From positions 35,972 through 99,971 of the forward strand of contig DATBSO010000050.1 of NCBI GenBank assembly GCA_036559745.1: a stretch of DNA of 64,000 nt. The letters run 5' to 3'. Both the position numbers and the translations under genes were made by a program. Source of the stretch: Gemmatimonadales bacterium (GTDB lineage Bacteria > Gemmatimonadota > Gemmatimonadetes > Gemmatimonadales > GWC2-71-9). This document shows positions 56,334-64,000 of the stretch, in pieces. How positions within the stretch are numbered: the first letter of the stretch is position 1; each line of letters starts with the position of its first letter. The notes beneath the pieces were generated by a model. It did no database searches, had not been told where the DNA came from, and worked only from the letters and a program-made list of their open reading frames with translations.

Positions 56334-57371
56334 TCAGACGGAGAGAACGCTGCGGTATTTCTCGTAATCGTCGAGAATGCGACCGGTGCCGCGCACCACG
56401 CAGGTGAGCGGGTCCTCATCCACGTGAATCGGGAGCCCCGTCTCCTGGGCGAGGAGGATGTCCAGGCCACGGATCAGCGCGCCGCCCCCGGTCATCACGA
56501 TGCCGCGATCGACGATGTCGCTCGCGAGCTCCGGCGGCGTGATCTCGAGGGCCCGCCGCACGGCATCGACGATCTGCTGGATCGGCTCCTGCACCGCCTC
56601 GCGGATCTCGGCCGAGTGGACCCGAACGGTCTTCGGGATGCCGGAGACGAGGTCGCGACCCTTGACCTCCATCTCCCGCTCGTCTCCCGTCGGGGCCGCC
56701 GACCCGATCTTGATCTTGATCGCCTCGGCGGTGGGCTCACCGACCAGCAGGTTGTAGTTCTTGCGCATGAACTGGACGATGGCCTGGTCCAGCTCGTCGC
56801 CACCGGTGCGAATGGAGGTGTCGGAGACGATGCCCGAGAGGGCGATGACCGCGATCTCGGTGGTGCCGCCGCCGATGTCGATGACCATGTTGCCGGTGGG
56901 AGTCTCGACCGGCAGCCCGACGCCGATCGCCGCGGCCATCGGCTCGGCGACCATCAGCACCTGCTTCGCGCCGGCCGTCTCAGCCGAGTCGCGCACGGCG
57001 CGGCGCTCCACTTCGGTGATGCCCGAGGGCACGCAGACGATCACCTTCGGTTTGACCCGGAACACGTGCTTGTCGATGATCGTCTTCAGAAAATACCGGA
57101 GCATCTTCTCGGTGACGTCGAAGTCGGCGATGACGCCGTCCTTCAGAGGACGGACCGCGAGGATTCCGTCGGGCGTGCGCCCGAGCATCCGCTTGGCCTC
57201 GAGCCCGATGCCTTTGATCTTGCCCGTGGCCTTCTCGATCGCCACCACCGAGGGCTCGTTCAGCACGATCCCTTCGCCCTTCACATAGACCAGGGTATTG
57301 GCGGTGCCGAGATCCACCGCGATTTCGTTCGCGGGGAGCCAGGACGTCAGATTCCATGTCGGAAGTTTCAT
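56334..57371 (-). CDS. mreB: Rod shape-determining actin homologue MreB
   Basis: Internal ATG (MKLPTW...). Contains [53 protein letters not shown]. Confidence 0.92.
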   Translation of the reverse strand: MKLPTWNLTSWLPANEIAVDLGTANTLVYVKGEGIVLNEPSVVAIEKATGKIKGIGLEAKRMLGRTPDGILAVRPLKDGVIADFDVTEKMLRYFLKTIIDKHVFRVKPKVIVCVPSGITEVERRAVRDSAETAGAKQVLMVAEPMAAAIGVGLPVETPTGNMVIDIGGGTTEIAVIALSGIVSDTSIRTGGDELDQAIVQFMRKNYNLLVGEPTAEAIKIKIGSAAPTGDEREMEVKGRDLVSGIPKTVRVHSAEIREAVQEPIQQIVDAVRRALEITPPELASDIVDRGIVMTGGGALIRGLDILLAQETGLPIHVDEDPLTCVVRGTGRILDDYEKYRSVLSV

Positions 57372-57432
57372 CAGGCGGCCGTGAGGCGCATGGGTCACAA
57401 GGTAAGTGGGGGCTGTGGTCTGTGGGAAGCCG

Positions 57433-57870
57433 TTACCGTCCCGTGCTGCCGAATCCGCCATCGCCGCGCGACGTCTCGGGCAGCCGATCGACCGGTGTGA
57501 AGGTCACGTGCTCGACCCGCGCGATGATCATCTGCGCGATCCGCATGCCGCGCGTGACCTCGAACGGCTCGGATCCGAGGTTCACCATGGGGATCATCAG
57601 CTCGCCGCGGTAATCACTGTCGATCGTGGCAGGTGCGTTGGGCAGCGTGATCCCGTGACGCAACGCGAGGCCCGACCGCGGGCGGATCTGGCACTCGAAA
57701 CCTTCGGGCACCGCGATGGCGAAGCCGGTGCGGAAGAGTCGTCGCTCCAGGGGACCGAGAATGCCGTCTTCGGCGCTCACGACGTCGTAACCGGCGGCAC
57801 CCGGCGTCGCCAGGGTCGGGAGCGGCAGGCCCTCGGCGTGCGGCAGGCGGGCCACCAGAATGTCGGTCAT
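57433..57870 (-). CDS. dut: dUTP diphosphatase
   Basis: Internal ATG ([10 protein letters not shown]...). Contains [32 protein letters not shown]. Confidence 0.9.
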   Translation of the reverse strand: MTDILVARLPHAEGLPLPTLATPGAAGYDVVSAEDGILGPLERRLFRTGFAIAVPEGFECQIRPRSGLALRHGITLPNAPATIDSDYRGELMIPMVNLGSEPFEVTRGMRIAQMIIARVEHVTFTPVDRLPETSRGDGGFGSTGR

Positions 57871-57883
57871 GCCGGGCGCGGCG

Positions 57884-58996
57884 TCAGAGAACCGCGGCAA
57901 CGTCGGTGAGCGGCAGCCGGAATGCCTCGGCCACGCCCGGGTACACGACCTTCCCCTCCACCACGTTGAGCCCGAGCTTGAGCGCGGGATCGGCCTTGCA
58001 GGCGGCCCGCCATCCGTGGCGCGCGAGCTTGAGGGCGTACGGAAGCGTGGCGTTGGTGAGCGCGAGCGTCGAGGTGCGGGGCACGCCGCCTGGCATGTTC
58101 GCCACGGCGTAGTGAAGGATGCCGTCGACGAAATAGGTGGGGTTCTCGTGGGTCGTCGGCTTGATGGTCTCGACGCACCCGCCCTGGTCCACGGCGACGT
58201 CCACGATCACCGAGCCGGGCTTCATGGACTTGAGGTCGGCCCGCTTGACCAGGTGCGGTGCCTTGGCCCCGGGGAGCAGCACCGCGCCGATGACCAGATC
58301 GGCGCGCCGGATCGCGTCGAGAATGTTGTGGCGGTTGGAGTAGGCCGTGTCGACGTTCGCCGGGAGGACGTCGTCGAGGTAGCGGAGCCGGTCGAGGGAG
58401 ATGTCGAGGATGGTCACGTGCGCGCCGAGCCCCGCCGCCATCTTGGCCGCATTGATGCCCACGACGCCGCCGCCGATGATGACCACTTCACCGGGCGCCA
58501 CGCCGGGCACGCCGCCCAGCAGCACGCCGCTGCCGCCGAACACCTTCTCCAGATACTTGGCGCCTTCCTGCACGGCCATCCGCCCCGCCACCTCCGACAT
58601 CGGCGTCAGCAACGGCAGCTCGCCACTCGCCAGCTGCACGGTCTCGTACGCCACGGCGATGGCGCCGGAGGCGATGACCGCGCGGGTCAGGTCCTCCGCC
58701 GCTGCGAAATGGAAGTAGGTGTAGATGAGCTGCCCCTTCCGCATGCGAGGCCACTCCGCCGCGATCGGCTCCTTCACCTTCATAATCATCTCGGCGCGCT
58801 GCCAGACCTCGTCGGCGGTGCCGAGGATCGTGGCGCCCACGGCTTCGTAGGCCGAGTCGGCGAACCCGCTTCCGAGTCCCGCGCCCGATTCCAGCAACAC
58901 CGTGTGTCCCGCCGCCACGAGCGCCTCGGCGCCGGCCGGCACGAGGGCGATCCGATTCTCGTTGGTCTTGATCTCCTTCGGCACGCCGATCAGCAT
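57884..58996 (-). CDS. ald: Alanine dehydrogenase
   Basis: Internal ATG ([20 protein letters not shown]...). Contains [29 protein letters not shown]. Confidence 0.9.
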   Translation of the reverse strand: MLIGVPKEIKTNENRIALVPAGAEALVAAGHTVLLESGAGLGSGFADSAYEAVGATILGTADEVWQRAEMIMKVKEPIAAEWPRMRKGQLIYTYFHFAAAEDLTRAVIASGAIAVAYETVQLASGELPLLTPMSEVAGRMAVQEGAKYLEKVFGGSGVLLGGVPGVAPGEVVIIGGGVVGINAAKMAAGLGAHVTILDISLDRLRYLDDVLPANVDTAYSNRHNILDAIRRADLVIGAVLLPGAKAPHLVKRADLKSMKPGSVIVDVAVDQGGCVETIKPTTHENPTYFVDGILHYAVANMPGGVPRTSTLALTNATLPYALKLARHGWRAACKADPALKLGLNVVEGKVVYPGVAEAFRLPLTDVAAVL

Positions 58997-59033
58997 GGGT
59001 CCTCGAGTCATTGAGGGAAAGGAGAGGGACCTT

Positions 59034-60299
59034 TCACCCTTCTCCGTCGTGTGGTCCCAACCGCATGACGGTCTGCCGCGCCGCCGGAAAGAATTCCGCG
59101 GCGACCGCGCCGACATCGCCTGGAGTCACGGCATCGATCTCCGCAAGCATCGCGTCGAGCGGCCGGTAGGCGTCGTTGTGGAGCTCGAAGCCCGCCAGAC
59201 GGCTCATGCGGGCCGCGGGACTCTCCAGCGAGAGCATGATCTGCCCCTTGAGCTGCCGCTTTCCGTCGGCGAGCTCCGCGTCCGGCAGACCCTCGCGCGC
59301 TATCCGCTCGTATTCCGCGGCGATGGCATCGATGGCGGCATCGGCCGTTCCCGGCTGAGTGCCGACGTAGACGCCGAGTTGTCCCGAGCTCTGATAGAAC
59401 TGCTTGTAGGCGAAGATCGCGTAGGCCAGTCCCAGCTCCTCGCGGACCCGCTGGAACAGCCGGCTCGACATGCCTCCACCGAAGGCATTGGTAAGGATCG
59501 CCAGCGAAAAGCGCCGCTCGTCACGGAGCGGGAAGGTATCCGTCCCGAAGACGATATGGGTCTGCGTCGTATCCCGCTCCTCACGCCGCCGTTCACCGCG
59601 AAGCGCAGGCGCGAGTTCCACGGGAGGCCGCACCGACTCGCGCCCGTTGCCGTCCAACCACCCTTCCCGGCTCAGGGCCTCGAGCAGCGGGCCGTGCTCG
59701 AGGTTCCCCGCGGCCGCGATGACGCAGTTCCCACGGTGGTATCCGCCGTGGTGCAGCGCCTTCAGGTCCGTCGCGGAGATGCCCGCGAGGGTGTCGGGCG
59801 TTCCGAGGATGGAGTATCCGTATGGATGTCCGGGCCACAGCGCGGCCGCATGGAGCTCGAAGACCAGATCGTCCGGCGTGTCGGCGACGCCGTTGATCTC
59901 TTCGAGAATCACGTTCCGTTCGGGCTCGAGATCGGCGTCGCGCAGCAGTGGACGTCGCACGAGATCGGTGAGAATGTCCACCGCAAGCGCGACGTCCTCG
60001 TCGAGAACATGGGCCTGGTAGCTGGTGTAGTCGCGGCCGGTGAAGGCGTCCAGACTGCCGCCGCGGACCTCGAGCTCGAGGGCGAGCTGCCGTGCGGTCC
60101 GCCGCTCGGTGCCCTTGAACACCATGTGCTCGAGCAGGTGGGAAATTCCCATCTGACCGACCGGCTCGTGGGCGCTGGCCGTCCGTACGTAGACACCCAC
60201 GGCTGCCGAGCGCACGGCCGGGAGCCGTTCACTGAGGACGACGAGTCCGTTCGGCGCCGTGGTGCGGTACAGCCCTTCGTCGAGGCGAACCGTGTCCAC
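59034..60299 (-). CDS. M16-family zinc peptidase (insulinase/PqqL-like)
   Basis: GISHLLEHMVFKGT (HxxEH) ... the distal E region. Sits in the usual pnp-adjacent position. Confidence 0.8.
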   Translation of the reverse strand: MDTVRLDEGLYRTTAPNGLVVLSERLPAVRSAAVGVYVRTASAHEPVGQMGISHLLEHMVFKGTERRTARQLALELEVRGGSLDAFTGRDYTSYQAHVLDEDVALAVDILTDLVRRPLLRDADLEPERNVILEEINGVADTPDDLVFELHAAALWPGHPYGYSILGTPDTLAGISATDLKALHHGGYHRGNCVIAAAGNLEHGPLLEALSREGWLDGNGRESVRPPVELAPALRGERRREERDTTQTHIVFGTDTFPLRDERRFSLAILTNAFGGGMSSRLFQRVREELGLAYAIFAYKQFYQSSGQLGVYVGTQPGTADAAIDAIAAEYERIAREGLPDAELADGKRQLKGQIMLSLESPAARMSRLAGFELHNDAYRPLDAMLAEIDAVTPGDVGAVAAEFFPAARQTVMRLGPHDGEG

Positions 60300-60305
60300 G
60301 ACGGA

Positions 60306-62396
60306 CTACTCCTTCGGGATCAGCGCCTTCCGGGAGAGCTTCATCCGCCCGCGATCGTCGACCTCGAGCAGCTTGACCTGGACGATATCGCCCTTCTTCA
60401 CCACGTCCTCGGTCTTCTCCGTGCGGCCGTGCTGCAGCTCGCTGATGTGGAGGAGACCCTCGACGCCCGGGAGAATCTCCACGAACGCTCCGAACGCGGT
60501 GGTGCTCTTGACCGGTCCCTCGTAGGTACGGCCGACCTCGGGCTCGGTGGTGATGGCGGCGACCATGGCGCGAGCCTTCTCGCCCGCCTCACCGCCCACG
60601 GCCGAGATGGTCACCAATCCGCTGTCTTCGATGCTGATCTTGGCGCCTGTCGCGTCCTGGATGCCGCGAATGGTCTTGCCCTTCGGCCCGATCACATCGC
60701 CGATCTTGTCGGGCTTGATCTGCATCGTGAAGATCCGCGGCGCGAACTTGGAAAGCTCCGGGCGGGGGGTCGGCAAGGCCTTGGCCATCTCGCTCAGGAT
60801 GAAGAGCCGGCCCTTCTTGGCCCGCTCGAGCGCCTGCTCCATGATCTTGAGGTCCAGACCCTGGATCTTGATGTCCATCTGGATCGAGGTGATGCCCTTC
60901 TTCGTGCCGGCGACCTTGAAGTCCATGTCGCCCAGGTGATCCTCGGAGCCGAGGATATCGGTGAGCACCGCGACCTTGTCGCCTTCCTTGATGAGCCCCA
61001 TCGCGACACCGGCGCACGGCGCCTTCATCGGCACCCCGGCATCCATGAGCGCGAGTGAGCCGCCGCACACCGTGGCCATCGACGACGAGCCGTTCGACTC
61101 GAGGATCTCGGAAACGACGCGGAGCGTGTACGGAAAGTCCTCGTATTGCGGCAGCAGCGGCTGGAGCGCCCGCTCGGCCAGCGCGCCGTGGCCGATCTCG
61201 CGGCGGCTGGTGCCGCGGATCATCTTCACCTCGCCGGTGGAGAACGGCGGGAAGTTGTAGTGCAGCATGAACGACTTCGTGGTCTCGCCGGCGACATCGA
61301 TGCTGTCGATCCGCTGCTCGTCGTCGGTGGTGCCGAGCGTGACCGAGACGAGCGCCTGGGTCTGGCCGCGGGTGAAGACCGACGATCCGTGTGTCCGCGG
61401 GAGGGCGCCGGTTTCGATCGTGATGGGCCGGATGGTGTCGAGGTCCCGTCCGTCCACCCGTTCGCCCTTCTCCAGGACCTGCCGACGCATCACCCGATAC
61501 TCGATTTCCTCGAGCTCGTTGGCGATCTCCCGCGCCTTCTCGGGAAACTCCGCCAGTAGTGCCTGCACGGCCTGTTCCTTGACGCCCTTCACGCCCGTGA
61601 CCCGGCCGGCCTTGTCGGCGGCGTTGATCGCGGATGCCATGGATGATTCCGCGGCCGCGGCGACACGCCCCTGGAGGACCGGATCCACCTCGGCCTTGAC
61701 CCAGGCGATCTTGGTTGCCACGCCCGCCTTGTCCATCAGCTGCTTCTCGAGGCCGATCAGGTCGCGGATGCCCTTCTGCGCCACCTTCAAGGCCTCCAGC
61801 ACCTCGGCCTCGGAGATCTCGAGCGAGCCGCCCTCGACCATGACGATCGAGTCGACCGAGCCGCTCACGACCAGGTCGATGGTGGAGAACTCGAGCTGCT
61901 GGAACGTGGGATTGAGAATCCAGTTGTTCTCGACCCGGCCGACCCGGACCGCGGCGAGCGGGCCGTTCCACGGCACGGTGGACAGGCTGAGCGCGGTGGA
62001 GGCGGCGATCACGCCGAGGATGTCCGCGTCGTTTTCCTGATCGGCGGAGAGCACCGTCACGAAGACCTGGACCTCGTTCTTGAAGCCCTCGGGGAACAAC
62101 GGTCGGATCGAGCGGTCGATCAGACGACTCGCCAGGATCTCTTTGTCCGACGGCCGTCCCTCACGCTTGAGGAACCCGCCCGGAATCTTGCCGGCGGCGT
62201 AGGTCTTCTCGCGATACTCGACGGTGAGGGGAAAGAACGGAAGGGTCGAGATGTTGGGGGAGACGGTTATCGCTGCCAGAACCATGGTGTCGCCGAAGCG
62301 GAGCGCGGCGGAACCGGCCGCCTGCCTCGCCAACCGTCCGGTTTCGATCGTCAGGGGACGGCCGGCGAACTGTGTTTCGATCCGATGCACGGTCAC
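60306..62396 (-). CDS. pnp: Polyribonucleotide nucleotidyltransferase (PNPase)
   Basis: Two RNase PH domains, then KH (IGDVIGPKGKTIR) and S1 (GAFVEILPGVEGLLHISE). GTG start preceded by AGAGAGAAGG. Confidence 0.95.
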   Translation of the reverse strand: MTVHRIETQFAGRPLTIETGRLARQAAGSAALRFGDTMVLAAITVSPNISTLPFFPLTVEYREKTYAAGKIPGGFLKREGRPSDKEILASRLIDRSIRPLFPEGFKNEVQVFVTVLSADQENDADILGVIAASTALSLSTVPWNGPLAAVRVGRVENNWILNPTFQQLEFSTIDLVVSGSVDSIVMVEGGSLEISEAEVLEALKVAQKGIRDLIGLEKQLMDKAGVATKIAWVKAEVDPVLQGRVAAAAESSMASAINAADKAGRVTGVKGVKEQAVQALLAEFPEKAREIANELEEIEYRVMRRQVLEKGERVDGRDLDTIRPITIETGALPRTHGSSVFTRGQTQALVSVTLGTTDDEQRIDSIDVAGETTKSFMLHYNFPPFSTGEVKMIRGTSRREIGHGALAERALQPLLPQYEDFPYTLRVVSEILESNGSSSMATVCGGSLALMDAGVPMKAPCAGVAMGLIKEGDKVAVLTDILGSEDHLGDMDFKVAGTKKGITSIQMDIKIQGLDLKIMEQALERAKKGRLFILSEMAKALPTPRPELSKFAPRIFTMQIKPDKIGDVIGPKGKTIRGIQDATGAKISIEDSGLVTISAVGGEAGEKARAMVAAITTEPEVGRTYEGPVKSTTAFGAFVEILPGVEGLLHISELQHGRTEKTEDVVKKGDIVQVKLLEVDDRGRMKLSRKALIPKE

Positions 62397-62502
62397 TGCC
62401 TTCTCTCTGTGTACTCTCTGTGGGTGGGTGATAGTCCCTGGCCGCCGGTCACGGCCGGTCGCCGCATGGCAACCCGGCCGCTCGTGACTCCCGACACGCA
62501 GA

Positions 62503-62533
62503 GGGCGCCCCGACTGGTGAGATCAGGGCGCCC
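62503..62533 (-). promoter_or_regulatory. Stem-loop in the rpsO-pnp intergenic leader, formed by two copies of the self-complementary octamer GGGCGCCC
   Basis: GGGCGCCC occurs at 62503-62510 and 62526-62533, with a 15-nt loop and no U-tract. It sits where a processing or autoregulatory hairpin is known for enterobacterial pnp. Confidence 0.35.
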
Positions 62534-62549
62534 CTGCGGCGCGCGACGA

Positions 62550-62810
62550 CTAGTGACGGAGACCGAGCTGCTCGATCAGAGCCCGGTAGCTCTCGAGGTC
62601 ACTTCGCTTGAGATACGTGAGCAGTCTGCGGCGGGTGCCGACCATCTTCAGGAGGCCGCGGCGGCCGTGGTGGTCCTTCGGGTGGGTCCGGAAGTGATCG
62701 GTGAGCGAATTGATCCGCTCGGTGAGGAGCGCCACCTGCACCTTGGTGGATCCGGTGTCGTCCGGGTGGGCTTGATGCCGGGCGGTGACCGCCTGCTTGT
62801 CGAAGCTCAT
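62550..62810 (-). CDS. rpsO: 30S ribosomal protein S15
   Basis: Internal ATG (MSFDKQAV...). Contains DTGST.VQVALLT.RI..LT.HF..H.KDHH.RRGLL.MV..RR.LL.YL. AAGAGGA lies upstream. Confidence 0.9.
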   Translation of the reverse strand: MSFDKQAVTARHQAHPDDTGSTKVQVALLTERINSLTDHFRTHPKDHHGRRGLLKMVGTRRRLLTYLKRSDLESYRALIEQLGLRH

Positions 62811-62861
62811 GCTACCAGTGTCCTCTTGTCGAAATCGCGTCGTAATCCGTTGTAGCACGGC

Positions 62862-62890
62862 ATTATAACCAGCTTCGGGCTCATGGGCAA
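62862..62890 (-). promoter_or_regulatory. rpsO promoter candidate TTGCCC-N17-TATAAT
   Basis: A perfect -10 TATAAT (reverse complement of 62862-62867). The -35 TTGCCC is the reverse complement of 62885-62890. It sits immediately downstream of heptamer hairpin copy 3, about 45 nt upstream of the rpsO ATG. Confidence 0.55.
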
Positions 62891-62892
62891 GC

Positions 62893-63012
62893 GGAGGAGG
62901 CTAGAGGCTAAAGGCTCGAGGCTCTTTCCCGGGCATCGTCCTAAGTCCGCGTCATGAGCCCCTAGCCTTTAGCCTCCAGCCTTCAGCCTCTGGCCTTTAG
63001 CCTTTAGCCCCC
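62893..63012. repeat. Inverted heptamer-array hairpin element, copy 3 (GGCTNRA array 62899-62924 / YYYAGCC x7 array 62961-63009)
   Basis: The left arm reads GGCTAGA GGCTAAA GGCTCGA GGCTC. The right arm reads CCTAGCC TTTAGCC TCCAGCC TTCAGCC TCTGGCC TTTAGCC TTTAGCC. The spacer is about 31 nt and contains GCGTCAT. Same unit family as copy 1. Confidence 0.8.
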
Positions 63013-64000
63013 AAACAGCCGCCGGATGTCGTTCGAGAAGGCGAGTCCCATCAGCAGGACGATCAGGACCATCCCCAGCATGCTGAGCCGTTCCCGAAGC
63101 TTGATCGGCAACGGGCGGCGGGTGATTCCCTCGGCCAGGAGAAAGACGAACTGGCCCCCGTCGAGGATCGGGACTGGGAGGAGGTTCAGGATGGCGAGGT
63201 TGATCGAGATAAGGGCCATGAATGCCAGGAACGGGTCGAGCCCCATCCGGGCGCTCTCTCCCGCGAGCTGCCCGATCATGATCGGTCCGCCCACCTCGCG
63301 CTTCGAGATCCGGCCGCTGAAGAGTCCACGGATGGTCCGGATGATCTGGGTGGACGACGAGACCGTCGAGTTCCAGCCCTCCACGATCGAGGCCGGCAGG
63401 GACAGCGTCTCCGAGCGGAAGTTCGTTTCCACTGCCACACCGATACGGCCGACCGGGCGGCGAACGCCGTCCACGTCGGTGAGTGTATCCACCTTGGGCT
63501 GGACCGGCAGCGTCAGGTGCTCCGATCCCCGCGCAAGCTCGAACGCGAGAGGACGTCCGGGCTCACGCCGGAGAATTTCCAGCAGGTCGTACCACTGCTC
63601 GACCCGTTGTCCATCGACCGCCAGGATCGTGTCCCCCTTCGCCATCCCCGCGTGCGCCGCGGGGCGACCCGGGATCACCTCCCCGATGACTGCCATCCGG
63701 AACGGCTGAATCGCCTGGGAGGCCTTGAGGCGGCCTTCGAGTGCATCGGGGTGGAGCGGCACCTCGACGCTTTCACCATCGGAGAGCTCGATGCGGACTT
63801 GCCGCTCGGGCGCGCTGATCACCCCTTCCTCGATCTCATTCCACGAGGAGACCGGCCGGCCGTTGATGGCCACGATCCGCTGCCCCGGGCGCAGGTTCTT
63901 GAGCGCCTCGGCCCCGGCCGGCACCAGCTCGGGCACCACCCGCCCGACCGTCGTGGCGGGGTCGATTTGTCGCCCGTTCTTGGCCGCGAGAACCGTGAAC
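63004..64000 (-). CDS. rseP: RIP metalloprotease RseP (M50 site-2 protease), C-terminal part; the gene continues beyond the window
   Basis: PDZ segments (GRPAAHAGMAKGDTILAVDG), then the C-terminal ISINLAILNLLPVPILDGG (NxxPxxxLDG motif). The HExxH part lies upstream of the window. Confidence 0.8.
   Translation of the reverse strand, partial: FTVLAAKNGRQIDPATTVGRVVPELVPAGAEALKNLRPGQRIVAINGRPVSSWNEIEEGVISAPERQVRIELSDGESVEVPLHPDALEGRLKASQAIQPFRMAVIGEVIPGRPAAHAGMAKGDTILAVDGQRVEQWYDLLEILRREPGRPLAFELARGSEHLTLPVQPKVDTLTDVDGVRRPVGRIGVAVETNFRSETLSLPASIVEGWNSTVSSSTQIIRTIRGLFSGRISKREVGGPIMIGQLAGESARMGLDPFLAFMALISINLAILNLLPVPILDGGQFVFLLAEGITRRPLPIKLRERLSMLGMVLIVLLMGLAFSNDIRRLFGG

Overview
Very GC-rich bacterial chromosomal segment. 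The gene style weakly suggests Gemmatimonadota or a related lineage, but I cannot verify that from sequence alone. It holds about 60 tightly packed genes, almost all core metabolism and housekeeping.

Minus strand:
- A serine-cycle-like cluster: sgaA, mcl and a SucC/MtkA-type gene start, with a divergent glycerate kinase.
- panB, panC and folK.
- A split trp operon (trpD ... trpC, trpF, trpB ... trpA), with lexA wedged antisense inside it.
- A class-V aminotransferase.
- tmRNA (ssrA).
- dusB-larB-corA-GGDEF.
- guaA, lysA, proS, hisS, folC, accD.
- rodA, mrdA, mreD, mreC, mreB.
- dut, ald, an M16 peptidase, pnp, rpsO, and a partial rseP.

Plus strand:
- A roughly 15 kb coupled array: truA-htrA-purB-purC-psd-pssA-purS-purQ-(zinc ribbon)-purL-purF-ppdK-purE-purK.
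- A secreted beta-propeller protein, ptsN, and a GWxTD-like protein.

I found no transposase, integrase, CRISPR array, or recognisable defence, toxin or phage gene. I cannot point to a clear-cut novel system.

The most unusual things I can support:
1. Three signalling genes (a HEAT-repeat protein, an HD-GYP phosphodiesterase, and a multi-TM GAF-MCP) are spliced between and around trpB and trpA by start/stop overlaps.
2. A family of inverted heptamer-array hairpin repeats sits at three intercistronic sites, each overlapping the stop codon of the upstream gene.
3. An orphan larB is coupled to corA and a diguanylate cyclase.
4. Several candidate operator repeats, including GAAC-N7-GAAC and three copies of TATTCGG next to lexA.

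Many long ORFs in the track are antisense artefacts of the high GC content. Several true starts are internal to the listed ORFs.
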